From a virus: a stretch of DNA of 15,643 nt. Below the pieces are notes generated by a model. It was given only the letters and a program-made list of their open reading frames with translations. It was not told where the DNA came from and ran no database searches. A program made the position numbers and the translations under genes. Of this stretch, positions 7,057 to 13,597 are shown one piece after another; within the stretch, counting starts at the first letter, position 1, and each line of letters starts with the position of its first letter. The DNA lies in IMG/VR virus record IMGVR_UViG_3300045988_159430, positions 1-15,643 of that record. One strand, given 5' to 3'.

Positions 7057-7542
7057 ATGATTTACGTAATTAAATTAACTAAAACGAATTTTATTAAAGT
7101 TGGTTACACTACTAATATAAGTGGCAGACTAACTGCTTATAAAAATACTATTCCAAATGAGATGATAGAATTTTTTATAGCAAAAGAAGGAAATAGAGAT
7201 GATGAAAATTATTATAGAGATAAATATAGAGCATATAAAACTAAGAGTAATTCAGAATGGTTAAAACTTCCAGATGAATTAATTGTAGAGCTATTAGCAG
7301 ATTTTAAGAGTGCAAATAATATAAAAATAAATAAACAAAGCAAAAAAGAATGATATAATGAGAATATAGATAAATTAGTAGAATTGTGCTTATCTGGAGT
7401 ATCATTAAATAGAGCTGCAATTCAATTAAATGCACTAAATTGAGACTGAATAAAATATGCTAATCAAAGATACGAAAAAGAGAATGGCAAAAAATTAACA
7501 AAACTTTGGGTAAGAAAAATCAAGAAAAGTTTTGCAGAATAA
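7057..7542 (+). CDS. T5orf172-domain (GIY-YIG superfamily) protein with a C-terminal HTH-like domain
   Basis: Track ORF 7057..7353 ends at TGA. The same frame continues through TGAs at 7351-7353, 7441-7443 and 7447-7449 to TAA 7540-7542, 161 aa. N-terminus: IYVIKLTKTNFIKVGYTTNISGRLTAYKNT...SEWLKLPDE (T5orf172 pattern). C-terminus: WYNENIDKLVELCLSGVSLNRAAIQLNALNWDWIKYANQRYEKENGKKLTKLWVRKIKKSFAE. Confidence 0.8.
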
Positions 7543-7561
7543 AAATTTATTATTATATTTG
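7531..7561 (+). promoter_or_regulatory. Bacteroidota-type promoter (P1)
   Basis: TTTG 7531-7534, a 19-nt spacer, then TATATTTG 7554-7561. It overlaps the 3' end of the T5orf172 gene. Confidence 0.55.
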
Positions 7562-7589
7562 TAGTGTAAAGAAAAAAATAATTTTTTAT

Positions 7590-7647
7590 TAAAAATAATA
7601 CCCGAATTATTTGGAAATTTAATTTTTATGTATTATCTTTGTAGTAT
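7590..7647 (+). repeat. Right arm of the 58-bp inverted repeat (promoter duplication)
   Basis: TAAAAATAATACCCGAATTATTTGGAAATTTAATTTTTATGTATTATCTTTGTAGTAT is the inverted copy of 6943-7000. Confidence 0.8.
7610..7641 (+). promoter_or_regulatory. Bacteroidota-type promoter (P2), rightward twin of the leftward promoter
   Basis: TTTG 7610-7613, a 20-nt spacer, then TATCTTTG 7634-7641. Confidence 0.6.
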
Positions 7648-7669
7648 GAAACTAAAACTAATAATTCTA

Positions 7670-7695
7670 GGCAGGTGAAAATCCTGCCACTTTTT
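7670..7695 (+). terminator. Intrinsic terminator-like hairpin with T tract
   Basis: GGCAGG (7670-7675), loop TGAAAAT, CCTGCC (7683-7688), then AC TTTTT (7691-7695). It lies only about 30 nt downstream of the predicted P2 start site. Confidence 0.6.
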
Positions 7696-7705
7696 GAATC
7701 TTACT

Positions 7706-7754
7706 GTCAAGTTTTTTACTCAAATTTAGTAGTAAGAAAATAAAAATATTGACA
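7706..7754. repeat. 49-bp conserved intergenic cassette, copy B
   Basis: GTCAAGTTTTTTACTCAAATTTAGTAGTAAGAAAATAAAAATATTGACA. Same absolute orientation as copies A and C. It ends 30 nt before the helicase ATG (7785). Confidence 0.85.
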
Positions 7755-7784
7755 AAAACTTTAACTATTTAAATTATTAAAATT

Positions 7785-9506
7785 ATGAAAACATATTTAA
7801 ACAATTTGATTAATGAGTTGCCAACTAACTGTTTATTTGATAAAGGAAAAGTTGGATGTGGAGGAACTTCAATGGCAATTGAATGTAATAAGCCTTATGT
7901 TATTTGTGTTCCATTTACTAGCTTAGTTGAAAATAAACTTCAACAATATCCAAATGAAAGACGTACTGAGAAGATATTTGGAGTTTATGCTGGAGTTACT
8001 ATTAAAGAGATTAAAGATTACGTAGAGAGTGTTAAATGTCCTAAAATTATTGTTACATATAACTCACTTCCAAAAGTTATTTCTGCAGTTAATACTAAAG
8101 AATATAGTTTATTAGTAGATGAATATCATATACTATTTAATCAGTATAGCTTTAGAAAGGATGCTATTAAACCTGTTTTAGAGAACTATGAATTATTTAA
8201 AGATTTTACATTTATGACTGCTACTCCTCTTGAAGAAGAGTTTGTATTAGATGAATTAAAAGATTTAGAATTAGTAAAGCAAGAATGGGATGATGTTATT
8301 GAAACCAAGGTACAAGCCGTTAAATGTAAGAATGTTGAAGCTTCAACTATTAAATTAATTAATGCTGTTCTTAATAATCAAGTCGAAGGTAATGTTTATA
8401 TATTTGTAAATTCTGTAGACTTTATAAAGAATCTTATTCAGAAAGCTAAACTTACAGAAGAGAATACCAGAGTTATATATTCCAAAAACAATAAAACCAA
8501 ATTATCAATTCATAATTCTACAGTATTAGATGAACCTAAGAAAATAAATTTATTAACTTCTACAGTATTTGAAGGTTCTGATATTTATGATGAAAATGGA
8601 AGAATTGTAGTAGTAAGTGATGCTCAAAAAGCACAAACTCTTCTTGACATCTCAACTTCAATCCAACAGATTGCTGGCAGAATTAGAAATAGTAAATATT
8701 TAAACTGGATAACTCATCTTTACTCAGCAACAAGATATGCAGATATTAGTTATGAAGACTTTAAAAAGAAGAATATCCAGAATATTGAGGAAACTAAGAT
8801 TGCTGTAGATGCTTACAATGCAATGCCTGAAGTTGCAAGAAAGAAACTTAAAGAATTTACATCTGATACTTATATCCAAGTAAATGATGATTTTACATTT
8901 ACATTTGATCCAAATATGGCTAAGGTAGATATTTTTAACTTTAAAGTGACAAGAGGTTTATATTCTATTAGAACGAATCTTAATAAAGAATATATAAAGA
9001 ACGGATTTAAAAAAGTAGTAGAATGTGAAGACAACTCTATTAAGATTGATTTTGAATCTGATAATAAACCATTTAAAGAACTAATTAAAGAAGTTAGAAC
9101 AGAATGGGAAAATAAATTTAAACTGAATACTCCACTCTTAAATGATGCTATTATTAAATATCCTTGGTTACCAGAAGCTATTAGTAAATTAGGATTCGAA
9201 AAGATGGCAAGCTTGAAATATTGCATTTCGGATATTAAAGATGCTCTATTAAAGAAATCAAATAAAAGTGCAGATAATAAAGCAGCTAAGAAGTTAAATC
9301 AATCAATTACTCTTGGAATGTGGTATTCTAACGCTGATATTAAAAAGTTTGTTAAAGAAGCTTATGAAATTAGTGATATTACTATTACTCCAAAAGCAAC
9401 AGAAATTGATAAATATTATGAAGTTAAAAAATGCCAGAAAAGAGTAAATGGTAAACAAACTGAAGGTTATGTAATTATTAATAAAAAGTTTGTATTTAAT
9501 AAATAA
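7785..9506 (+). CDS. Superfamily 2 (DExH-type) helicase, replication/early module
   Basis: 573-aa intact ORF ending at TAA. Motif I GKVGCGGTS, motif II LLVDEYH, motif III MTATP, motif VI QQIAGRIRN. No in-frame TGA; it has 5 TGG Trp codons. Confidence 0.85.
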   Translation: MKTYLNNLINELPTNCLFDKGKVGCGGTSMAIECNKPYVICVPFTSLVENKLQQYPNERRTEKIFGVYAGVTIKEIKDYVESVKCPKIIVTYNSLPKVISAVNTKEYSLLVDEYHILFNQYSFRKDAIKPVLENYELFKDFTFMTATPLEEEFVLDELKDLELVKQEWDDVIETKVQAVKCKNVEASTIKLINAVLNNQVEGNVYIFVNSVDFIKNLIQKAKLTEENTRVIYSKNNKTKLSIHNSTVLDEPKKINLLTSTVFEGSDIYDENGRIVVVSDAQKAQTLLDISTSIQQIAGRIRNSKYLNWITHLYSATRYADISYEDFKKKNIQNIEETKIAVDAYNAMPEVARKKLKEFTSDTYIQVNDDFTFTFDPNMAKVDIFNFKVTRGLYSIRTNLNKEYIKNGFKKVVECEDNSIKIDFESDNKPFKELIKEVRTEWENKFKLNTPLLNDAIIKYPWLPEAISKLGFEKMASLKYCISDIKDALLKKSNKSADNKAAKKLNQSITLGMWYSNADIKKFVKEAYEISDITITPKATEIDKYYEVKKCQKRVNGKQTEGYVIINKKFVFNK

Positions 9507-9520
9507 AAATATTATATTTG
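9489..9520 (+). promoter_or_regulatory. Bacteroidota-type promoter (P3) inside the 3' end of the helicase gene
   Basis: TTTG 9489-9492, a 20-nt spacer, then TATATTTG 9513-9520. The next ATG (9525) is only 4 nt downstream, which implies a leaderless or near-leaderless mRNA. Confidence 0.55.
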
Positions 9521-9524
9521 TGAT

Positions 9525-9686
9525 ATGGAAGGAGATATTAAAGAAACAATTAAACAAACAGAAGAGTATATTAAAGAATTGGATAAATGAATACTTGAGT
9601 GTAAAGAAGCTACTAAAAGATTTGGTGATATTATAGATAAAGTATTAAAAAATAAAGATTATATGTTTATTTCTAAATTTGATTAA
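9525..9686 (+). CDS. Small hypothetical protein (53 aa)
   Basis: ATG 9525, in-frame TGA 9588-9590, TAA 9684-9686: MEGDIKETIKQTEEYIKELDKWILECKEATKRFGDIIDKVLKNKDYMFISKFD. Absent from the ORF track because of the TGA. Followed 2 nt later by the next ATG. Confidence 0.5.
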
Positions 9687-9688
9687 TT

Positions 9689-9829
9689 ATGGATGATTAT
9701 TTATTTAAAAAGCTTGAAGAACTAGAATACAGAATAGTTCAACTAGAAAACCAGAATAGAGGTTTAGTTTGGGAAGAAGTAGAAGAAATGCCAAAACCAG
9801 AAATTCCTAATGTAACATATACTGACTAA
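9689..9829 (+). CDS. Small hypothetical protein (46 aa)
   Basis: ATG 9689, TAA 9827-9829: MDDYLFKKLEELEYRIVQLENQNRGLVWEEVEEMPKPEIPNVTYTD. Coiled-coil-like. Tightly packed, with 1 nt before the next ATG. Confidence 0.5.
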   Translation: MDDYLFKKLEELEYRIVQLENQNRGLVWEEVEEMPKPEIPNVTYTD

Positions 9830-9830
9830 T

Positions 9831-9974
9831 ATGAAATATCAAACCTATAAAGTATGCATAAATGGAGTGTATTATGTATATGTAATACCAGAAAATAGTA
9901 GGTTTTTAGTGGACTTACAAACAGGAGATTTAATACCTAAAGAAGATGATAAATTATTTGAAATGATGGAATAA
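9831..9974 (+). CDS. Small hypothetical protein (47 aa)
   Basis: ATG 9831, TAA 9972-9974: MKYQTYKVCINGVYYVYVIPENSRFLVDLQTGDLIPKEDDKLFEMME. Last gene before the convergent terminator. Confidence 0.5.
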   Translation: MKYQTYKVCINGVYYVYVIPENSRFLVDLQTGDLIPKEDDKLFEMME

Positions 9975-9979
9975 ATGAA

Positions 9980-10005
9980 AATAGGAGGGCATAAACCCTC
10001 CTATT
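9980..10005. terminator. Bidirectional intrinsic terminator between convergent modules
   Basis: 10-bp stem AATAGGAGGG (9980-9989) / CCCTCCTATT (9996-10005) with loop CATAAA. T-rich tracts follow on both strands (TTCTGTTT on plus, TTTTCATTT on minus). It sits between the plus-strand stop at 9974 and the minus-strand stop at 10011. Confidence 0.7.
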
Positions 10006-10010
10006 TCTGT

Positions 10011-10580
10011 TTAAGCGTATTTTCAAATGTATCCTTTAGATGTTTGCTTTAATCCACTACATACTCTACTAATGGCTCCTCTATCAGTTCCTACTGCATT
10101 AGCCGCTTCAGTACAGCTTTCATATTCCTTAATAAAGTTTCCCTCTAAATCATATTGTAAAACCTTTTTACATCTTTTCTTATTATGAATTTCATTACTA
10201 ATCTTCCAAGGCAAACTATATAAATGTTTCTTACCTTTATTTGATTCTGATAGTTTCTTTCTTCATTCTGTAGAAAATTTTATTCCATAGTTGCCACCTT
10301 CACCTCCTGGCTTCAAGTTTAAACACATTGGATCTACTTCCCATTTATCTCCTATTAATTCATACTCCTTTTTAGATAATTCATCTGAATCATTACAGAA
10401 TGCAATTATTTCTTTTTTATATGCATTAGGAAATCTTTTATAGTAGTTCTTAATAATTTTACCAGAACCTTTATATGGATCTTTATATGGGTCTTTTCCT
10501 TTATAAATACGCTTACCAATGTAATATTTTCCTCTCAATGAGCCAGCAGTTAAATAAATTTTATAACAATAGTAAAACAT
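10011..10580 (-). CDS. GIY-YIG homing endonuclease (GIY-YIG core, NUMOD3-like linker, IENR1/NUMOD1-like HTH)
   Basis: Track ORFs 10263..10580 and 10023..10214 are in the same frame, joined by TGA 10263-10265 (...GIKFSTE-W-RKKLSESNKGKKHLYSLPWK...). The second ORF ends at TGA 10023-10025 and continues to TAA 10011-10013 (...TSKGYI-W-KYA). Core: YCYKIY...GKYYIGKR...EYELIG...CLNLKPGGEGG. 189 aa. TAATG overlap with the endolysin stop. Confidence 0.9.
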
Positions 10581-11032
10581 TATATAATTGTAAATTTCTG
10601 TCTTCTCTGCAAACCCTCTTTATTCTTCAGTCCTAAATGAATTCAACTAGCTATTCCATTTCTAGGTTTCTCATAAATAAGTTGATCAAAATCATACTTT
10701 TCAATAGCTTCAGTAATCCAAACCTGAAATTCTTTCATTTGGCCGTTACTTGGAATTATATCTGCTGCATATCCTGTTAGATGGGCAGATGTCAAAGATC
10801 CTCCTACAGCTTTATTAAGCTCATTACATCTATAACCTGAATTCACACTTATTGCTGGATTCCCCAACCGATTAACATCACAATACTCTGCCCAATCACT
10901 TCTTAATGGGTCTAAAAGTTTCTCGACTAACTCTATAAGGTGTTCAGTAATCTCTTTATTTGGAGTATTATCTATCTTCTTAATAGAAGCTGTATCAGAT
11001 CTTGTTAATTCACTAATAGTAAAATATTTCAT
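10580..11032 (-). CDS. Endolysin, peptidase M15 family (zinc D-Ala-D-Ala carboxypeptidase / L-Ala-D-Glu peptidase-like)
   Basis: Track ORF 10643..11032 ends at TGA 10643-10645 and continues to TAA 10580-10582 (...PRNGIAS-W-IHLGLKNKEGLQRRQKFTII). Motifs SGYRCNELNKAVGGSLTSAHLTGYAADI are typical of M15 peptidases. 150 aa. Confidence 0.9.
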
Positions 11033-11193
11033 TATTTAATAATATCTTTAAGCATAGTATAACGGTAAAATAAATGACATCCTGCACCAAGTGCTATGAG
11101 TACTAATGTAATCCAAAATGGAATTACTTTTACCATTAAAAATACTAAGATTATAATTACTATTGCTATTAAATATTTCATCCAATATTTCAT
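11032..11193 (-). CDS. Holin candidate (53 aa, two TM segments)
   Basis: ATG 11191-11193 (alternative ATG 11179-11181). TAA 11032-11034 forms a TAATG overlap with the endolysin start. MKYWMKYLIAIVIIILVFLMVKVIPFWITLVLIALGAGCHLFYRYTMLKDIIK. Too short for the ORF track. The call rests on position and topology only. Confidence 0.6.
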   Translation of the reverse strand: MKYWMKYLIAIVIIILVFLMVKVIPFWITLVLIALGAGCHLFYRYTMLKDIIK

Positions 11194-11196
11194 AAC

Positions 11197-11850
11197 TTAT
11201 TTATTTAAAATTATACTTACTTTAATTCCTGCATCTCTTAGTTTTACTCAAGTATCAACTGGCATCTCATTATCACAATAAGATAAGCCTAAAATTCCAA
11301 TATCTCTATCTTCTGATTTTAAATAGAATATTGCAATCTTATTAACATCATTAGATTTAAATGAATAATACATTCTTCTATCTAATTCCTTTATATCTTC
11401 AACATCTCCAAATCATCCTCCTTTTTTAGATGTTTCCAATATAAATAAATAATCAGATAATAGGAAGTCTTTATAGTGACTTGAAACTGGAGCAACTCCA
11501 GGTTCTGTTTCTTCACTATTCATAATTCCATAAGTGAATGGTAATCCTCCTAATCCTGAAGTGCCATTATGATACTCAATAACTCAAGCTCTATCTGCAT
11601 TCGTATCATTTAAAAGGTCTTTAAGGATATATCTAACCTTAAGATCCGCTTCTTGTCGTATTACTTGATTAGTATTATGAACTGTTTCTATATAACTTAC
11701 AACTTTATCATATATTATTCCTGGATTAGTACTTATAATTATTACATAAGAAATAAATATAAATCCAAATCCACCTTTAATTATTTTCCACAGTCCATAT
11801 TTATCTACTCATTCTAATACCTTTCCAAACCAGTTTAATTTATTTTCCAT
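11197..11850 (-). CDS. Membrane-anchored protein of unknown function, first gene of the lysis cluster
   Basis: Absent from the ORF track: 4 in-frame TGAs (11809-11811, 11584-11586, 11413-11415, 11248-11250). I translated every codon from ATG 11848-11850 to TAA 11197-11199, 217 aa: MENKLNWFGKVLEWVDKYGLWKIIKGGFGFIFISYVIIISTNPG...DRAWVIEYHNGTSGLGGLPFTYG...KKGGWFGDVEDIKELD...MPVDTWVKLRDAGIKVSIILNK. One N-terminal TM segment. Confidence 0.7.
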
Positions 11851-12275
11851 TACATATTATCAGAACAAGTACCCAGAGTGTTGTCTACAGCTAAATCAAC
11901 TCTAACAAATACTCCAGTACAAATATCTTTGAACTTCTGATAAAATGGAGTAAAAATTAAAGGATAAGAAATATCAACTTCTGGATATTGGTTATTAAAT
12001 CGGTTAATTATATTAGTTAATGCTAATATTCCAGCTGATTGCTCTTCAAGCTGATTATTATCAGTCTCATCCCATCTTGCTATAAAATAGAGATTTAAAG
12101 AGTAAGTAATAGTATCCTCATCCATATTAAATGTATTTGGAGTTATATAAAATACATTATATTCAATAGTTGGGATACTATTAAGTTCATATATATCCTT
12201 ACTTCCTACAAAATTAATATTGGGTTCTTCAAGAGCACAAGCTTTTAAATTGTTTATTAATTCAAAATACGTCAT
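11850..12275 (-). CDS. Hypothetical structural (neck/tail-completion?) protein
   Basis: Track ORF 11850..12377 overlaps the upstream gene by about 100 nt. The internal ATG 12273-12275 (MTYFELINNLK...) lies 1 nt after the upstream TAA and is the more likely start. 141 aa, ends at TAA 11850-11852. Confidence 0.65.
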   Translation of the reverse strand: MTYFELINNLKACALEEPNINFVGSKDIYELNSIPTIEYNVFYITPNTFNMDEDTITYSLNLYFIARWDETDNNQLEEQSAGILALTNIINRFNNQYPEVDISYPLIFTPFYQKFKDICTGVFVRVDLAVDNTLGTCSDNM

Positions 12276-12276
12276 T

Positions 12277-12954
12277 TTACTTACTCTTTTTATTGTTATC
12301 ACTTGAAGGGAAATCATAAGCTCTTTGCAGAGGACCTTCACAAGAATTATATCTCCAACCTTTACCTCTAGCTCCACCTAACCAAATAGTGCAAGATGAA
12401 CTTGAATACATATTTGGATACATATCTTTAAGAGGTTTATAAGAATACAATTCAGGAAAATCATTATAATATGTAATTACCCAATTTTGCAATCTAGTTT
12501 TAAAGAAATCTGCTTTATCTCTATAATACTTCTTAATAAGATTAACTTGATTAATATCAGAAGTTAAATCTTTCTCATCATCAGTCCTCATAACCCCAAA
12601 ATTACTCAGCTTAAATGAGATGGGTATAGTAATCTCACTTAATACTTGATAAAGTAAATAAGGCTGAATATAGTAATCTAGCAATTCTTTATATCTATGA
12701 TTTTCTGGGTCATCTATTGAAGTAGGATCATAAATAGGAGGTTCTATTGGATGAACTGGTTTATTTGGATCTTTTCAATCAATTACTAATTTCTGAATCT
12801 TTTCTAAGAGCTTAGTTCCAATTAATGACTGAAGCTCAATATCTTGTGCAAGTTTAATTGCTGACTGAAGATATTTACCAGAAACATTATTGTCTAAATT
12901 GGATTCTGATTTTATATAATCTTCAGATATTAATAGTACATTTCTATATTCCAT
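12277..12954 (-). CDS. Head-tail connector / adaptor-like protein (gp6-like N-terminus)
   Basis: Track ORF 12277..12684 is TTG-started and extends upstream through TGA 12775-12777 to ATG 12952-12954: MEYRNVLLISEDYIKSESNLDNNVSGKYLQSAIKLAQDIELQSLIGTKLLEKIQKLVIDWKDPNKP.... This N-terminal pattern resembles head-tail connector proteins. 225 aa, ends at TAA. Confidence 0.7.
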
Positions 12955-13597
12955 AATAATATTTATAATTTTTGCAGGGTTTATTTTTTCTACAAGATCT
13001 AGATATACTAGAAGAATCTACATTATTCTTCTCTCCAGCTTCCTTAGCTGATTTATACTCACAAATAAAATTACCATCTAAATCATACTTATATACTTTT
13101 TTGCACTGACGTTCTGAAATTAGTTGTTTTTCTTTATCTGAGAGTTTCATACCTTTATTTCAAGGAGTTTTGCCTAATCTTGCCTCCCTCATTTTACGCT
13201 TGCTTTCATCTGAATGCTGTTTACCATAAAATGAGTTATTTTCTCCTGATCTTATAATTCTAAGACTATCTTTATAATCTTGTGAAAAAGAATATCCACA
13301 AGTACCGTCTCCTCCATCAGTTAAATTATACCCATATTTTGGATTTCTAGTATTATACTTATAAATCAGAATCTTTTCTAAAGTCTTAGCACAAGCTTCT
13401 GGAAGATTATCTCTAATTATAATATGCTCAAAATTATCTCAACCATATTTTTTAATTGCTCTGCTAAAATAAAGATTATTCTTGTAACCTTGACCTTTAG
13501 TTCCCCATCTATTATTTAAAGTAAGTGATGTTATTCCAAAATATAATTTATTATCAGCTATATTCTTATGGCAGTACACTGTATAATTATTCAACAT
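12944..13597 (-). CDS. GIY-YIG homing endonuclease inserted between the portal and connector genes
   Basis: Track ORF 12944..13150 is only the C-terminal HTH. The same frame continues upstream through TGAs 13160-13162 and 13439-13441 to ATG 13595-13597. 217 aa: MLNNYTVYCHKNIADNKLYFGITSLTLNNRWGTKGQGYKNNLYFSRAIKKYG-W-DNFEHIIIRDNLPEACAKTLEKILIYKYNTRNPKYGYNLTDGGDG...ENNSFYGKQHSDESKRKMREARLGKTP-W-NKGMKLSDKEK.... Ends at TAG 12944-12946. Confidence 0.9.

Noticed and set aside
7670-7688. Hairpin GGCAGG-TGAAAAT-CCTGCC as the anticodon arm of a suppressor tRNA (the minus-strand loop contains TTCA)
   Set aside because: The loop does not have the canonical U33/purine-37 layout around a UCA anticodon. 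No acceptor, D or T arms (no GTTCRA-like box) can be drawn in the flanks. I found no tRNA-like sequence anywhere in the window.
7785-9506. TGA-free helicase (0 TGA, 5 TGG) and TGA-free portal (0 TGA, 4 TGG) as evidence for a standard-code early gene set
   Set aside because: With about 40 percent of Trp codons being TGA, zero out of 4-5 is not statistically remarkable. The neighbouring plus-strand genes (7057-7542 and 9525-9686) do contain sense TGA.
8870-9557. Minus-strand track ORFs 8870..9226 and 9303..9557
   Set aside because: They are antisense to the intact 573-aa helicase ORF and to the small-ORF operon. The translations are F/I/L/S/N-rich shadow ORFs.
11096-11281. Plus-strand track ORF 11096..11281
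   Set aside because: It is antisense to the holin candidate and to the 217-aa membrane protein. It is a mirror image of hydrophobic coding sequence.
12276-12377. N-terminal 34 codons of track ORF 11850..12377 (MELEVKVGDIILVK...)
   Set aside because: This extension would overlap the upstream gene by about 100 nt. An internal ATG at 12273-12275, 1 nt after the upstream TAA, gives the tight spacing seen everywhere else in the window.
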